The translations under genes were made by a program, and so were the position numbers. This document shows, one piece after another, positions 20,252-29,288 of a stretch of DNA of 64,000 bases. This DNA is from Anaerolineae bacterium (GTDB lineage Bacteria > Chloroflexota > Anaerolineae > UBA1429): the NCBI GenBank assembly GCA_963675785.1, contig OY776562.1:160001-224000 (forward strand), read 5' to 3'. Below the pieces are notes generated by a model. That model searched no databases and had not been told where the DNA came from. It was given only the letters and a program-made list of their open reading frames with translations. Numbering within the stretch: the first letter of the stretch is position 1; each line of letters begins with the position of its first letter.

Positions 20252-21700
20252 TCATTCTGATCTCGCACTGGAGAGCTCTGACCTGTCACAGAGCGCTATA
20301 TAAGGCGCATCGGGTCTTATAATCTGCAGGGCTATTTCGAGGGGCAGCTCGGCTACTGAGGAATCGAGACTTTCTCTTTCGACGATTTGCCGGGCATACC
20401 AGTCTTGGTTCCAAAGATCGGCGTCGATGAGCAGAACGTCCTGTCGCAACTGTAGGCTTTGCTGCGCATACGCTATGGCAAAAGTATGACGATCATCGCA
20501 AGTTATCAGAATCGCATCTGTAGGAGTGGTTTCTAGGACGCTCGTATACCATTCGATGGCTTCTGTGTCCTTTGATACATCGACCTGTTGATAGTTTCGG
20601 GCAATGTTGAGAATGGGCAAAGTCAGAAGGCAAATTACAGCGATTGCCCTTGAATTTTCCAGTAACCACGCTATGATTTGCCGCAACCCCCAAGCGATCC
20701 AGATGCTTTCTAGGATAAAGGCTGGCAATAGGTAGACGAACGAGTCGCTGGTGTTGTAGCCAATAGCAAAGATGGACAGTGCCAATAAACTGGTGCCAGT
20801 TGCGATAAGGAGTCTCGGTTTTGTGTGTGCTAGATGTTGAAAGCCGAGAATTGCCAAGGCAGTGCCGCCAATGCCGTACTGTTCAAGCTGCACGCTGGTA
20901 AATGCGCGCAGCCGATCTAGAAGATTAGCTGCAGGAAGAGCAAAGGCAAGGTCCTGATAGGCAGCTCCGCTGACTAGCCACCCAAAACCTTGCAATGTAG
21001 AAGCATTTCCCCAGTTGGTAGAAGGGTGGTTTGCCGCGGCGATGGGCAAATAGGCCAGCGGAACAAGGCCGATGAGAACGCCTAGAATCGCATTCCTGCA
21101 CCTTGCACGGGAGCAATGCGGCCAAATGATGATCAAAACGGCCGGGACCAGCAATAGCATGGTGGGGTGGCTGAGGAGGGCAAGCATCTGCCATAATCCC
21201 AGTTTGAACCAGCCCGAATCGTTGTGGTGCTCAGTGAGCAGAGCTTGCCGAATTGCTAGGACGGCAAACAGATTAGCCAGGGCATAAACTTCGGTAATGA
21301 TTGCCTGAGACCACCAAAGCGCTGCTGTGCCGGCGGCAATAGCTACAATTGCTGAAATAGCTTTTGCCAGTGGCTTTTCCTGCTGGGGTAGGCAGAGTCT
21401 TATCAAGTCGCACAAAAAAAAGATGGTTATGGCACTGACGATGGCGGAATAAAGATTCATTCTCCAGGCCGGATCATTCAGCGGAATGACAAGAAAAGGT
21501 TGAGCCAGCAGCGTGTAAAGGGGGTATCCCGGGGGATGGGGGATGCCAAGCGTGGAGGCTGCTGCAATGAGATCGCCTCCATCTGCGCTGTTATGTGACC
21601 AGGTGAGGCCGGGGGCCATTGTTAACAGATATAGCCCCAAACAGATGGTCGCACTTGATAGAGGGAACAACCAACGCCGAGTATACGTTTTACCTTTCAT
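20252..21700 (-). CDS. DUF2723 / TMEM260-like GT-C membrane glycosyltransferase
   Basis: DGGDL, LGIPHPPGYPLY, WSQAIITEVY, multiple TM helices. Confidence 0.85.
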   Translation of the reverse strand: MKGKTYTRRWLFPLSSATICLGLYLLTMAPGLTWSHNSADGGDLIAAASTLGIPHPPGYPLYTLLAQPFLVIPLNDPAWRMNLYSAIVSAITIFFLCDLIRLCLPQQEKPLAKAISAIVAIAAGTAALWWSQAIITEVYALANLFAVLAIRQALLTEHHNDSGWFKLGLWQMLALLSHPTMLLLVPAVLIIIWPHCSRARCRNAILGVLIGLVPLAYLPIAAANHPSTNWGNASTLQGFGWLVSGAAYQDLAFALPAANLLDRLRAFTSVQLEQYGIGGTALAILGFQHLAHTKPRLLIATGTSLLALSIFAIGYNTSDSFVYLLPAFILESIWIAWGLRQIIAWLLENSRAIAVICLLTLPILNIARNYQQVDVSKDTEAIEWYTSVLETTPTDAILITCDDRHTFAIAYAQQSLQLRQDVLLIDADLWNQDWYARQIVERESLDSSVAELPLEIALQIIRPDAPYIALCDRSELSSARSE

Positions 21701-21790
21701 GCAGGCATTATAATGCGCCGAATCACGGCTACATAATTACTTGCGTTGACTTTTAATTTCTTTATCTGGGGTGGTATAATAGCGAACGTT

Positions 21791-23178
21791 ATGGTCGAGT
21801 ATATTTCCGAGCAATCTACAGTGAATAATGAGGACACGCGCACCGTTTCATTGGGGCACGTGTTGCTCTATATTGCCATGATCTTTGTTATTAGCGGCGC
21901 GCTGGTAAGCGGCGGCTATTTTTTTGTTACCGTTCGTGAATTCATCGCCCAAACGACTTTGCCCATTCTCACTACGGTTGATCCTTCTACGAATGCCAGT
22001 GTTGTTGAAGAGATACTGGCCAGGATTTGCCCGATATCACGTTGGGTACAGGGCGCATCAACTTTCTTTTATTAGGTATTGATCAACGTGAGGATGAGGT
22101 GGGGCAACCAACCCGCACCGATACCATGATTATCCTCTCGCTCGATCTCGAGACGATGACAGCCTCTATGCTATCGATCCCTCGCGATCTTTGGGTCACC
22201 ATTCCCGGGTATGGCGAGAATCGTATCAATGTGGCCCATTACTATGGGGATTATTATGACTATCCCGGTGGTGGGCCTGCTCTGGCCATGAAGACGGTGT
22301 CTCAAAACTTTGGCATTACGATTCATCATTATGTGCGCATCGATTTTAGTGGGTTCGAGACACTCATCAATGCAATAGGCGGCGTTGACATCGATGTGCC
22401 AGAGGCTATCTATGACTCCTCCTATCCGGACGACAATTACGGTACGATTGTACTGAATATCCCCGCCGGTCCTCAGCATATGGACGGCGAATTGGCCCTG
22501 CAATACGCCCGCACGCGGCACAGCACGAGCGATTTTGACCGTATGGATCGCCAACAGCAGCTCATTTTGGCTGTGCGTGACCAAGTGCTGGAAGAAGGCG
22601 TGCCGATCACACGCATTCCTGCCATTCTGTCGGCTTTGGGCGATTCAGTACAAACCGACCTGACCCTCCAGGAGATTCTGACGCTTGCCAAGTTGGCTGT
22701 TAACTTTGACCTGAACTCGATAAACCGTGGTGTGATTGATGCGACTATGACGACGACAACCTTCACCCCCGGTGGTGCCCAAGTCGAGGTGCCTCGCTGG
22801 GAATTGATTCGCGCAATGGTGGAAGAGTTATTCCCGACAGATACTGATACGTCGAGTGACGATGCCATTGAGCAAGCCAGTATCGTCACAGAGGGCGCGC
22901 GTATCGAGATACGGAATGGCACACTTGTGGACGGTCTGGCCGAGGAAGCAACAACGTTGTTGCGAGATTCAGGCTACAATGTCGTTCACTATGAGAACGC
23001 CGATCGCTTTGATTATGCTGAAACGCTCATTGTTAGCCGTGGCACCACACCTGTGACCGTACAGGCTGTTGCGGATGAATTAGGTGTGCCTTCAGAAAAC
23101 ATCCTCTCTGATTCTGTCCTCACGTACGAAACGGACATTCTTGTCATCCTCGGTCGAGACCTTGTAACGACGCAATAG
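21791..23178 (+). pseudogene. LCP (LytR-CpsA-Psr) family protein with LytR_C domain, split by a -1 frameshift near 22010
   Basis: TM anchor encoded in ORF 21791-22075; catalytic domain (NFLLLGID, RTDTMI, SIPRD, RIN, YARTR, DFDRMDRQQ) in ORF 22027-23178; may be an assembly indel. Confidence 0.7.
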
Positions 23179-23213
23179 CTAGCGAGACACAATCATTTGC
23201 ACTTTGCCTTGTC

Positions 23214-23241
23214 TTGACATGTAAGCCCTCCGTGCTATACT
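23214..23241 (+). promoter_or_regulatory. Sigma70-type promoter of the hydrogenase operon
   Basis: TTGACA (23214-19), 16 nt spacer, extended TGc-TATACT (23233-41). Confidence 0.75.
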
Positions 23242-23247
23242 GCACAA
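23230..23247. promoter_or_regulatory. Candidate Rex operator overlapping the -10 box
   Basis: CCGTGCTATACTGCACAA: GTG-N8-CAC core, 9 of 14 positions match TTGTGAA-N4-TTCACAA. Confidence 0.4.
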
Positions 23248-23302
23248 AGTGTCTGCTTGTAGTGCCTGTAACCACGTAGGCTGTCCTTCTAGGCGGAAAA
23301 GA

Positions 23303-23689
23303 ATGAAGCTCCGCGATGTGATAGATCTTCTTGAATGTAGGATTATTTCCGGGCAAGAGCTCCTTGAGCGCCCAGTTAAGATGGCATGTGGCGCCGATTT
23401 AATGAGCGACGTGCTCGCCTTTACGCATAGTGGTACGCTACTCCTCACAGGATTAACAAACCCGCAAGTCGTTCGGACGGCCGAGATGGCCGGCATTGAT
23501 GCGATTGTGTTTGTGCGGGGCAAAATACCGCCTCCTGCTACGATTGCTCTTGCGCAGGAGGATGAGATTCCTCTTCTCGCCACTCTCTGCACGCTCTATG
23601 AAGCGAGTGGACGTTTGTATGGCGCTGGCATACCGAGTTGTGGCACGTTTGATCTCTCGCGGCAAACGTGGCAATCAGATTCTGATTGA
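23303..23689 (+). CDS. DRTGG-domain protein
   Basis: ACGADLMSDVLAF, LLTGLTNPQVVRTAEM, IVFVRGK; ATG 23303. Confidence 0.88.
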   Translation: MKLRDVIDLLECRIISGQELLERPVKMACGADLMSDVLAFTHSGTLLLTGLTNPQVVRTAEMAGIDAIVFVRGKIPPPATIALAQEDEIPLLATLCTLYEASGRLYGAGIPSCGTFDLSRQTWQSDSD

Positions 23690-23720
23690 TTGAAGGGTAG
23701 CAATTGTTGCGGAGTCAGAT

Positions 23721-24635
23721 ATGAAGGCCAATGCCACCGAGGTTACTCGCCGTCAAGAGTTGATATACGAGCTCAAGATCGAGCAGGTGATGGTGCGCGA
23801 GGTCATTTCGGTCTCGCCGGATGCTACTATCGCTGAACTCAAGGAGTTGCTTCGGTCGCGTCGGGTCTCTGGCGTTCCGGTGATTGAGGGCACCAGGCTC
23901 GTGGGCATGATCAGCATTGAGAATCTGATCAGGGCTCTTGAGCAGGGTAAGACGCAGGCGCTGGTGCGTGATTTTATGACTCGGAACGTGCAAGCTGTGA
24001 AAAGTGCCGATTCTGTTGTAAGTGCTGTCAACATGTTTGCTCATTTTGGCTATGGGCGATTTCCTGTTGTTGACGACAACGATAATCTCGTTGGTATCTT
24101 GACCAAAGGTGATATCGTCCGCGGTCTGTTGCGTCAGATGGAAGTTGAATGGCATGCTGAAGAAATTCAGACCTATCGGGCAAGCCATATCTTTGAAGAT
24201 ATCGAATCTGACGATACGAGTTTGTTCTTGCGTTATAACGTTGCCAGCGGCGATTTTGTACATGGTGGTGCAGCGTCAAGTAAGATTAAAAAGGCTCTCG
24301 AAAGATTGGGTGCTGATCCCCGGGTGATACGCCGTGTGGCTGTGGCAACCTATGAGGCGGAGACGAACATCATCATCCATAGTCATGGTGGAGAGATTAC
24401 GGCGGAGATAAACCCTCACCTCATCCGGATTGTGGCTGTGGATACTGGCCCGGGTATTGATGATGTTGAAAAGGCAATGACCGCTGGTTATTCTACGGCG
24501 CCTGACTGGATTCGAGAAATGGGTTTTGGCGCTGGGATGGGACTTGCAAATATCAAGGCTTGTGCGGACGAAATGAAGCTAGAGTCGGTGCCCGGCGAAT
24601 TCACCCGTTTGGAACTGACTTTTTCTTTGGAATGA
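23721..24635 (+). CDS. CBS-pair fused to RsbT-like anti-sigma-type Ser/Thr kinase (HATPase)
   Basis: Two CBS repeats (SGVPV, GRFPVVD), then YEAETNIIIH, DTGPGI, GYSTA, GFGAGMGL. Confidence 0.88.
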   Translation: MKANATEVTRRQELIYELKIEQVMVREVISVSPDATIAELKELLRSRRVSGVPVIEGTRLVGMISIENLIRALEQGKTQALVRDFMTRNVQAVKSADSVVSAVNMFAHFGYGRFPVVDDNDNLVGILTKGDIVRGLLRQMEVEWHAEEIQTYRASHIFEDIESDDTSLFLRYNVASGDFVHGGAASSKIKKALERLGADPRVIRRVAVATYEAETNIIIHSHGGEITAEINPHLIRIVAVDTGPGIDDVEKAMTAGYSTAPDWIREMGFGAGMGLANIKACADEMKLESVPGEFTRLELTFSLE

Positions 24636-24644
24636 GGTTTTGCT

Positions 24645-25001
24645 ATGGCAGCGTCTCTAACTGTGTCCGATCTTGTTCACGCTTTGAACGCCAGTGTTGT
24701 GGCGGGGACCAATTCCCTTGACAGGCCTGTCAGCGGGGGGTATGTATCCGATCTGCTGAGTTGTGTTATGGCGGGGGCAGTACAGGGGAATGCCTGGGTT
24801 ACTCTGCAAGCTCATCTGAACGTTGTTGCTGTGGCCAGTCTGCTTGAGCTCGCTTGCGTCATCATTACTGAAGGCGCCACACCTGATGAGGCGATGATCA
24901 AAAAAGCAGATGAAGAGCACATACCGCTCTTGTTAATACCCTGCCGTTCTTTTGCTGCAGTCAAGACGTTGGTAGAACTGGGTGTCGAGAGCACGCCGTG
25001 A
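24645..25001 (+). CDS. DRTGG-domain protein (HPr kinase N-terminal-like)
   Basis: GGYVSDLLSCVM, WVTLQAHLNVVAVA. Confidence 0.87.
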   Translation: MAASLTVSDLVHALNASVVAGTNSLDRPVSGGYVSDLLSCVMAGAVQGNAWVTLQAHLNVVAVASLLELACVIITEGATPDEAMIKKADEEHIPLLLIPCRSFAAVKTLVELGVESTP

Positions 25002-25759
25002 GCTTAGTCAGTGACCAGGCGTACAGGTGGTATTGTTCTGAGCTACATGTGCACAGTGTTCTATCGCCCTGCGCCGAGATCGAGATGCTGCCGCCTTTGG
25101 TCATTGAGCGGGCGCTGCAACTCGGCCTTGATATTATTGCTATCACCGATCACAACGCCAGTGAGAATGTGCCTGCTTTTCAGCGCGCTGCTTGGGGGAC
25201 TGGAATCACTATAATCCCGGGTATGGAAGTACAGACGCGCGAAGAAGTTCATGTGATTTGCTTGTTCGATACGCTGGAGCAGATGACAGTGTGGCAGTGT
25301 GCGGTAAACGAGGCTCTGCCGGGACTCAAGAATCGCCCCGAATACTTTGGCGAGCAATTACGCGTCAATGCAGAGGGTGAGATTCTCAAACGCGATGAGC
25401 GTTTGCTCATTACATCGGTTTCTTTGGGCTTGCAGGATGTCGTGCAACAAGTGCGGGCTCTGGAGGGGCTTGCCATTCCTGCCCACATAGATCGTCGGGC
25501 TTTTGGTTTGCTAGGCAGCCTGGGTATGGTGCCGGAGGGACTCCCTCTGGAGGCTCTTGAGATATCACGGCATTTGACGTGTGAAGCTGCTACTGAGCGC
25601 TATCCATCACTGCACAATTTTCCGTTATTGCGCTCTGGTGATGCTCATCGTCTGTCCGAGATGACCACTCTGACATCCTTTTACATGGCAGCCCCATCTG
25701 TGGCAGAGATGCGTTTAGCGCTGCAAGGCATAGACGGACGAAAGATTGTTGTGCGATAA
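24998..25759 (+). CDS. PHP-family metal-dependent phosphoesterase
   Basis: LHVHSVLSPC, AITDHN, GMEV..EEVH, PAHIDR, SGDAH. Confidence 0.9.
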   Translation: MSLVSDQAYRWYCSELHVHSVLSPCAEIEMLPPLVIERALQLGLDIIAITDHNASENVPAFQRAAWGTGITIIPGMEVQTREEVHVICLFDTLEQMTVWQCAVNEALPGLKNRPEYFGEQLRVNAEGEILKRDERLLITSVSLGLQDVVQQVRALEGLAIPAHIDRRAFGLLGSLGMVPEGLPLEALEISRHLTCEAATERYPSLHNFPLLRSGDAHRLSEMTTLTSFYMAAPSVAEMRLALQGIDGRKIVVR

Positions 25760-25803
25760 CATCGATCTGTATGCAACAAGAGAATGGCTAGGGAGGAACC
25801 AAC

Positions 25804-26292
25804 GTGGTTGAACAGACAACCGTAGTGCCCGAGGAGGCTATTGATTTCGCGCCCCTCGACAAGATTTTGGATGAGTTCGCTTCTATTAAGGGAGCTATCA
25901 TTCCCGTCTTGCAGCAGACGCAAGAAGTTTATGGCTTTCTTCCCGCAGAGGCGCTCACCTATATTGCAGAACGCATGCGCGTGCCCGTTAGCCAGGTATA
26001 TGGCGTAGCGACATTCTACGCTCAATTCTATCTTGAGAAGCGCGGGCGCCACATCGTCAAGATTTGTGACGGAACGGCCTGTCATGTCAAGGGCGCTGGT
26101 GAGATCGTCAAAGTTCTGGAAGAGGATCTCAAGATCAAGGCTGGCGAGACCACGCCTGACTATCGCGTCACGCTTGAGGTTGTTTACTGTCTTGGTTCTT
26201 GTGGCCTGGCGCCTGTAGCCGTGGTTGATGATGAAGTGGTTGGCCGCCTTGTGCCTGAAAAGGCCCGCAAGATTGTGAGCGAACTAGACTAG
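25804..26292 (+). CDS. hoxE: NuoE/HoxE/HydC-family [2Fe-2S] subunit
   Basis: GVATFYAQF, CDGTAC, CLGSC. Confidence 0.9.
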   Translation: MVEQTTVVPEEAIDFAPLDKILDEFASIKGAIIPVLQQTQEVYGFLPAEALTYIAERMRVPVSQVYGVATFYAQFYLEKRGRHIVKICDGTACHVKGAGEIVKVLEEDLKIKAGETTPDYRVTLEVVYCLGSCGLAPVAVVDDEVVGRLVPEKARKIVSELD

Positions 26293-26846
26293 TGCGAGAG
26301 CTTTCATTGCACATTCTTGACATTCTGGAGAATGCGCTGGAAGCAGGGGCGACCCTGGTTAACCTTGATATCGAGGAAAACAGCGCGGCTAATTTGTTGT
26401 CCTTTGAAATCAGTGACAACGGTCGCGGGATGGACGCCAAGACACTCGAGCAAGTACAGGATCCATTCTTTACAACACGCAAGACAAGGCGCGTAGGTCT
26501 GGGGATTCCTCTGCTGAGGGCGGCTGCTGAGCGCTGTGGCGGAGAGCTAGAGATTCAATCGCAAGTAAGTTTGGGAACTCGCGTGCATGTCACTTTTGAG
26601 CTGAACAATATTGATCGTGCACCGCTTGGTGATATGTTTGGAACCTTGATGGGGTTCGTTGTCTCATCATCCAATTGCGATCTAGTTTACCATCATCAGG
26701 TGGATGATCGATGCTTTGAGTTTAACACGCGGGAAATCCGCGGCGCGATTGGTGAGCGATCACTAGCAGAACCGTGCGTACGCAGTTGGTTGCGCGCTTT
26801 TATTGCAGAGGGGCTTTCAGAGCTATACGGCAAGTCACAGGAGTAA
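26292..26846 (+). CDS. Stand-alone HATPase_c (histidine-kinase-like ATPase) of hydrogenase clusters
   Basis: LDILENALEAGA, DNGRGM, DPFFTT, GLGIPL; no HisKA or sensor domain. Confidence 0.87.
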   Translation: MRELSLHILDILENALEAGATLVNLDIEENSAANLLSFEISDNGRGMDAKTLEQVQDPFFTTRKTRRVGLGIPLLRAAAERCGGELEIQSQVSLGTRVHVTFELNNIDRAPLGDMFGTLMGFVVSSSNCDLVYHHQVDDRCFEFNTREIRGAIGERSLAEPCVRSWLRAFIAEGLSELYGKSQE

Positions 26847-26850
26847 GGAA

Positions 26851-27225
26851 ATGCCAAAGGTCGGGTCAGTAGCAGATCTCCAAATACTGCGAGAGCAGCT
26901 GCAAAAAGATTTTTCACGTCGTACGGATACAAACACGGTTATTACCGTAGGTATGGGAACTTGCGGCATCGCTGCTGGCGCTCGTGATACGATGCAAGCC
27001 ATTTTGGAAGAGCTCGATAAGCGTGATATTACAGCTCATGTCCAAACGGTTGGCTGCATCGGTATGTGCTCCAGAGAGCCGCTGGTGGATATAGAACAGG
27101 CTGGCAAGCCGCGCATTTCGTACGGCAATATCACTCGAGATCGTGTGCCCCAACTAATCGAAGAACACCTGATCAAGGGTCAGGTGGTTGAAGAATGGGT
27201 TGTTGGCAAACTTCAACGAGACTAG
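26851..27225 (+). CDS. Thioredoxin-like [2Fe-2S] ferredoxin subunit (HydD/HndB-like)
   Basis: VGMGTCGIAAGA, VGCIGMCSREP; ATG 26851. Confidence 0.87.
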   Translation: MPKVGSVADLQILREQLQKDFSRRTDTNTVITVGMGTCGIAAGARDTMQAILEELDKRDITAHVQTVGCIGMCSREPLVDIEQAGKPRISYGNITRDRVPQLIEEHLIKGQVVEEWVVGKLQRD

Positions 27226-27313
27226 TCGGGAACGCTGTTGAGGCCCTTGGTACAGATTAGCACGGGGCCGCATATTATTGGAGCTATCGCAAGGATTCCA
27301 GGGAGGACACGTC

Positions 27314-29170
27314 ATGGCCGAACCCGTCTACCGGGCAGATGTCCTGGTATGTACCGGCACAAGCTGCGTGTCATCGGGCTCAGTTTCAGTGCTCGATGCT
27401 TTACACGCGGAATTGGCCAAACAAGGGTTAGAGGATGAGGTCAGAGTGATTGAAACAGGCTGCCGTGGCTTTTGCGCCATGGGCCCTGTGTTGATCATTT
27501 ACCCTGACGACATCTTTTATTGCCAGGTTAAACCAGAAGATATCCCCACACTCGTTGAAGAGACACTGCTCAAAGGGCGCGTTGTAGAGCGTCTTGTCTA
27601 TCAGGAACCAGAGACGCATGAAGCAGTTCCCTTCTACGATGATATCCCCTTTTACGAGAAGCAAAACCGGATCATGCTTCGTAACTGCGGCTTGATCGAT
27701 CCGGAAATGATCGACGAGTATATTGTTCGCGGCGGTTACCGCGGCTTGGCCAAGGCGCTAACCGAGATGACGCCCGAGACCGTGGTGGCTGATGTCAAGG
27801 CATCTGGCTTGCGGGGCCGTGGTGGTGCGGGTTTCTTGACCGGACTAAAGTGGCAGTTTGCCCAAGCTGCTCCTGGCGATGTCAAGTACGTTGTTTGCAA
27901 CGCTGACGAAGGCGATCCTGGCGCGTTCATGGATCGTTCGATTCTTGAAGGTGATCCCCATTCGGTTGTCGAAGGTATGACGGTTTGTGGCTATGCCATC
28001 GGCGCCCACGAAGGCTATGTGTATTGCCGTGCTGAATACCCTCTGGCCATCAAGCGCCTCAAGTTGGCCATCAAGCAAGCTGAAGAGTATGGCTTGTTGG
28101 GTGATGACATTCTGGGCACGGGCTTTTCCTTCCACCTTCAGGTGAAAGAAGGCGCCGGTGCATTTGTGTGTGGTGAAGAGACTGCGCTTATCGCCTCCAT
28201 CGAGGGACGACGAGGTGAGCCTCGTCCTCGTCCGCCTTTCCCCGCGGTCGCCGGTTTGTGGGGCAAGCCAACCAACAACAATAACGTCAAATCCTACTGT
28301 GTCATCGCCCAGATCATTGAAAAGGGTCCGGATTGGTTCCGCGGCATTGGCACCGAGGGAAGTCCCGGCACCGCAGTCTTTGCTCTGACGGGCAAGGTTC
28401 GCCATACGGGTCTGGTTGAAGTTCCCATGGGCATTACTGTACGCGAGATCATCTATGATATCGGCGGCGGTATCCCTGATGGCAAAAAGTTCAAGGCCGT
28501 ACAGACGGGTGGCCCCCTGGGGGGTTGTATTAGTGAAGAGAATCTTGACCTTCAGGTCGATTTCGATTCATTGCGGCAGGCAGGCGCGGTCATGGGTTCT
28601 GGCGGTATGATCGTCGTTGACGAAGACACCTGTATGGTCGAGTTCTGCAAGTATTTCCTCACCTTTGCTGTGGCGGAATCTTGTGGCAAGTGCGTGCCCT
28701 GTCGTGTTGGCGGGCGTCGTATGCTTGAGATTCTGACACGCATCACCGAAGGCAATGGTGAGCTGGAAGATATCCCCAAGCTTGAAGAGATCGCTGCTGG
28801 TATGCAGAGCGGTGCGCTTTGTGCTCTGGGTCAGCTTACGCCGGGCCCGGTTCTGAGTGCGCTACGGTTCTTCCGTGAAGAATTTGAGGCACATATCACC
28901 GATAAGCGCTGCGCGGCACTTCAATGCGAGTCACTGATCTCTTATTACGTGAATCCTGCGGCTTGCAAAGCCTGTGGTAAATGCCGCAAGGCTTGCCCGG
29001 TCCAATGCATCACAGGCGATCGCAAGATGATCCATATCATCAATCAGGACGAGTGCATCAAGTGCGGTACGTGTTATTCTGTGTGCCCGTTTGACGCCAT
29101 TACCAAGGTTTCTGGCCAAGAGTTTGCCGTGCCTACAGAGCTTATACCGGTTGGTTCTTGGCAGGCATAG
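27314..29170 (+). CDS. hoxF: NuoF/HoxF/HydB-family FMN/NAD-binding subunit with N-terminal [2Fe-2S] and C-terminal 2x[4Fe-4S] domains
   Basis: CTGTSC/GCRGFC, GRGGAGF, NADEGDPGAFMDR, GEETAL, ESCGKCVPCR, CKACGKC and CIKCGTC. Confidence 0.92.
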   Translation: MAEPVYRADVLVCTGTSCVSSGSVSVLDALHAELAKQGLEDEVRVIETGCRGFCAMGPVLIIYPDDIFYCQVKPEDIPTLVEETLLKGRVVERLVYQEPETHEAVPFYDDIPFYEKQNRIMLRNCGLIDPEMIDEYIVRGGYRGLAKALTEMTPETVVADVKASGLRGRGGAGFLTGLKWQFAQAAPGDVKYVVCNADEGDPGAFMDRSILEGDPHSVVEGMTVCGYAIGAHEGYVYCRAEYPLAIKRLKLAIKQAEEYGLLGDDILGTGFSFHLQVKEGAGAFVCGEETALIASIEGRRGEPRPRPPFPAVAGLWGKPTNNNNVKSYCVIAQIIEKGPDWFRGIGTEGSPGTAVFALTGKVRHTGLVEVPMGITVREIIYDIGGGIPDGKKFKAVQTGGPLGGCISEENLDLQVDFDSLRQAGAVMGSGGMIVVDEDTCMVEFCKYFLTFAVAESCGKCVPCRVGGRRMLEILTRITEGNGELEDIPKLEEIAAGMQSGALCALGQLTPGPVLSALRFFREEFEAHITDKRCAALQCESLISYYVNPAACKACGKCRKACPVQCITGDRKMIHIINQDECIKCGTCYSVCPFDAITKVSGQEFAVPTELIPVGSWQA

Positions 29171-29288
29171 TACAAATATTGACGGCCAAAACAACAGGCC
29201 GAATGGACGAACTAGCCCTGGGCTGCCAAATGAGTAAATTGACCAAGGCTGAGGCAGTCCACAGAAAACGTCGGAGTGAGGAGGATTC

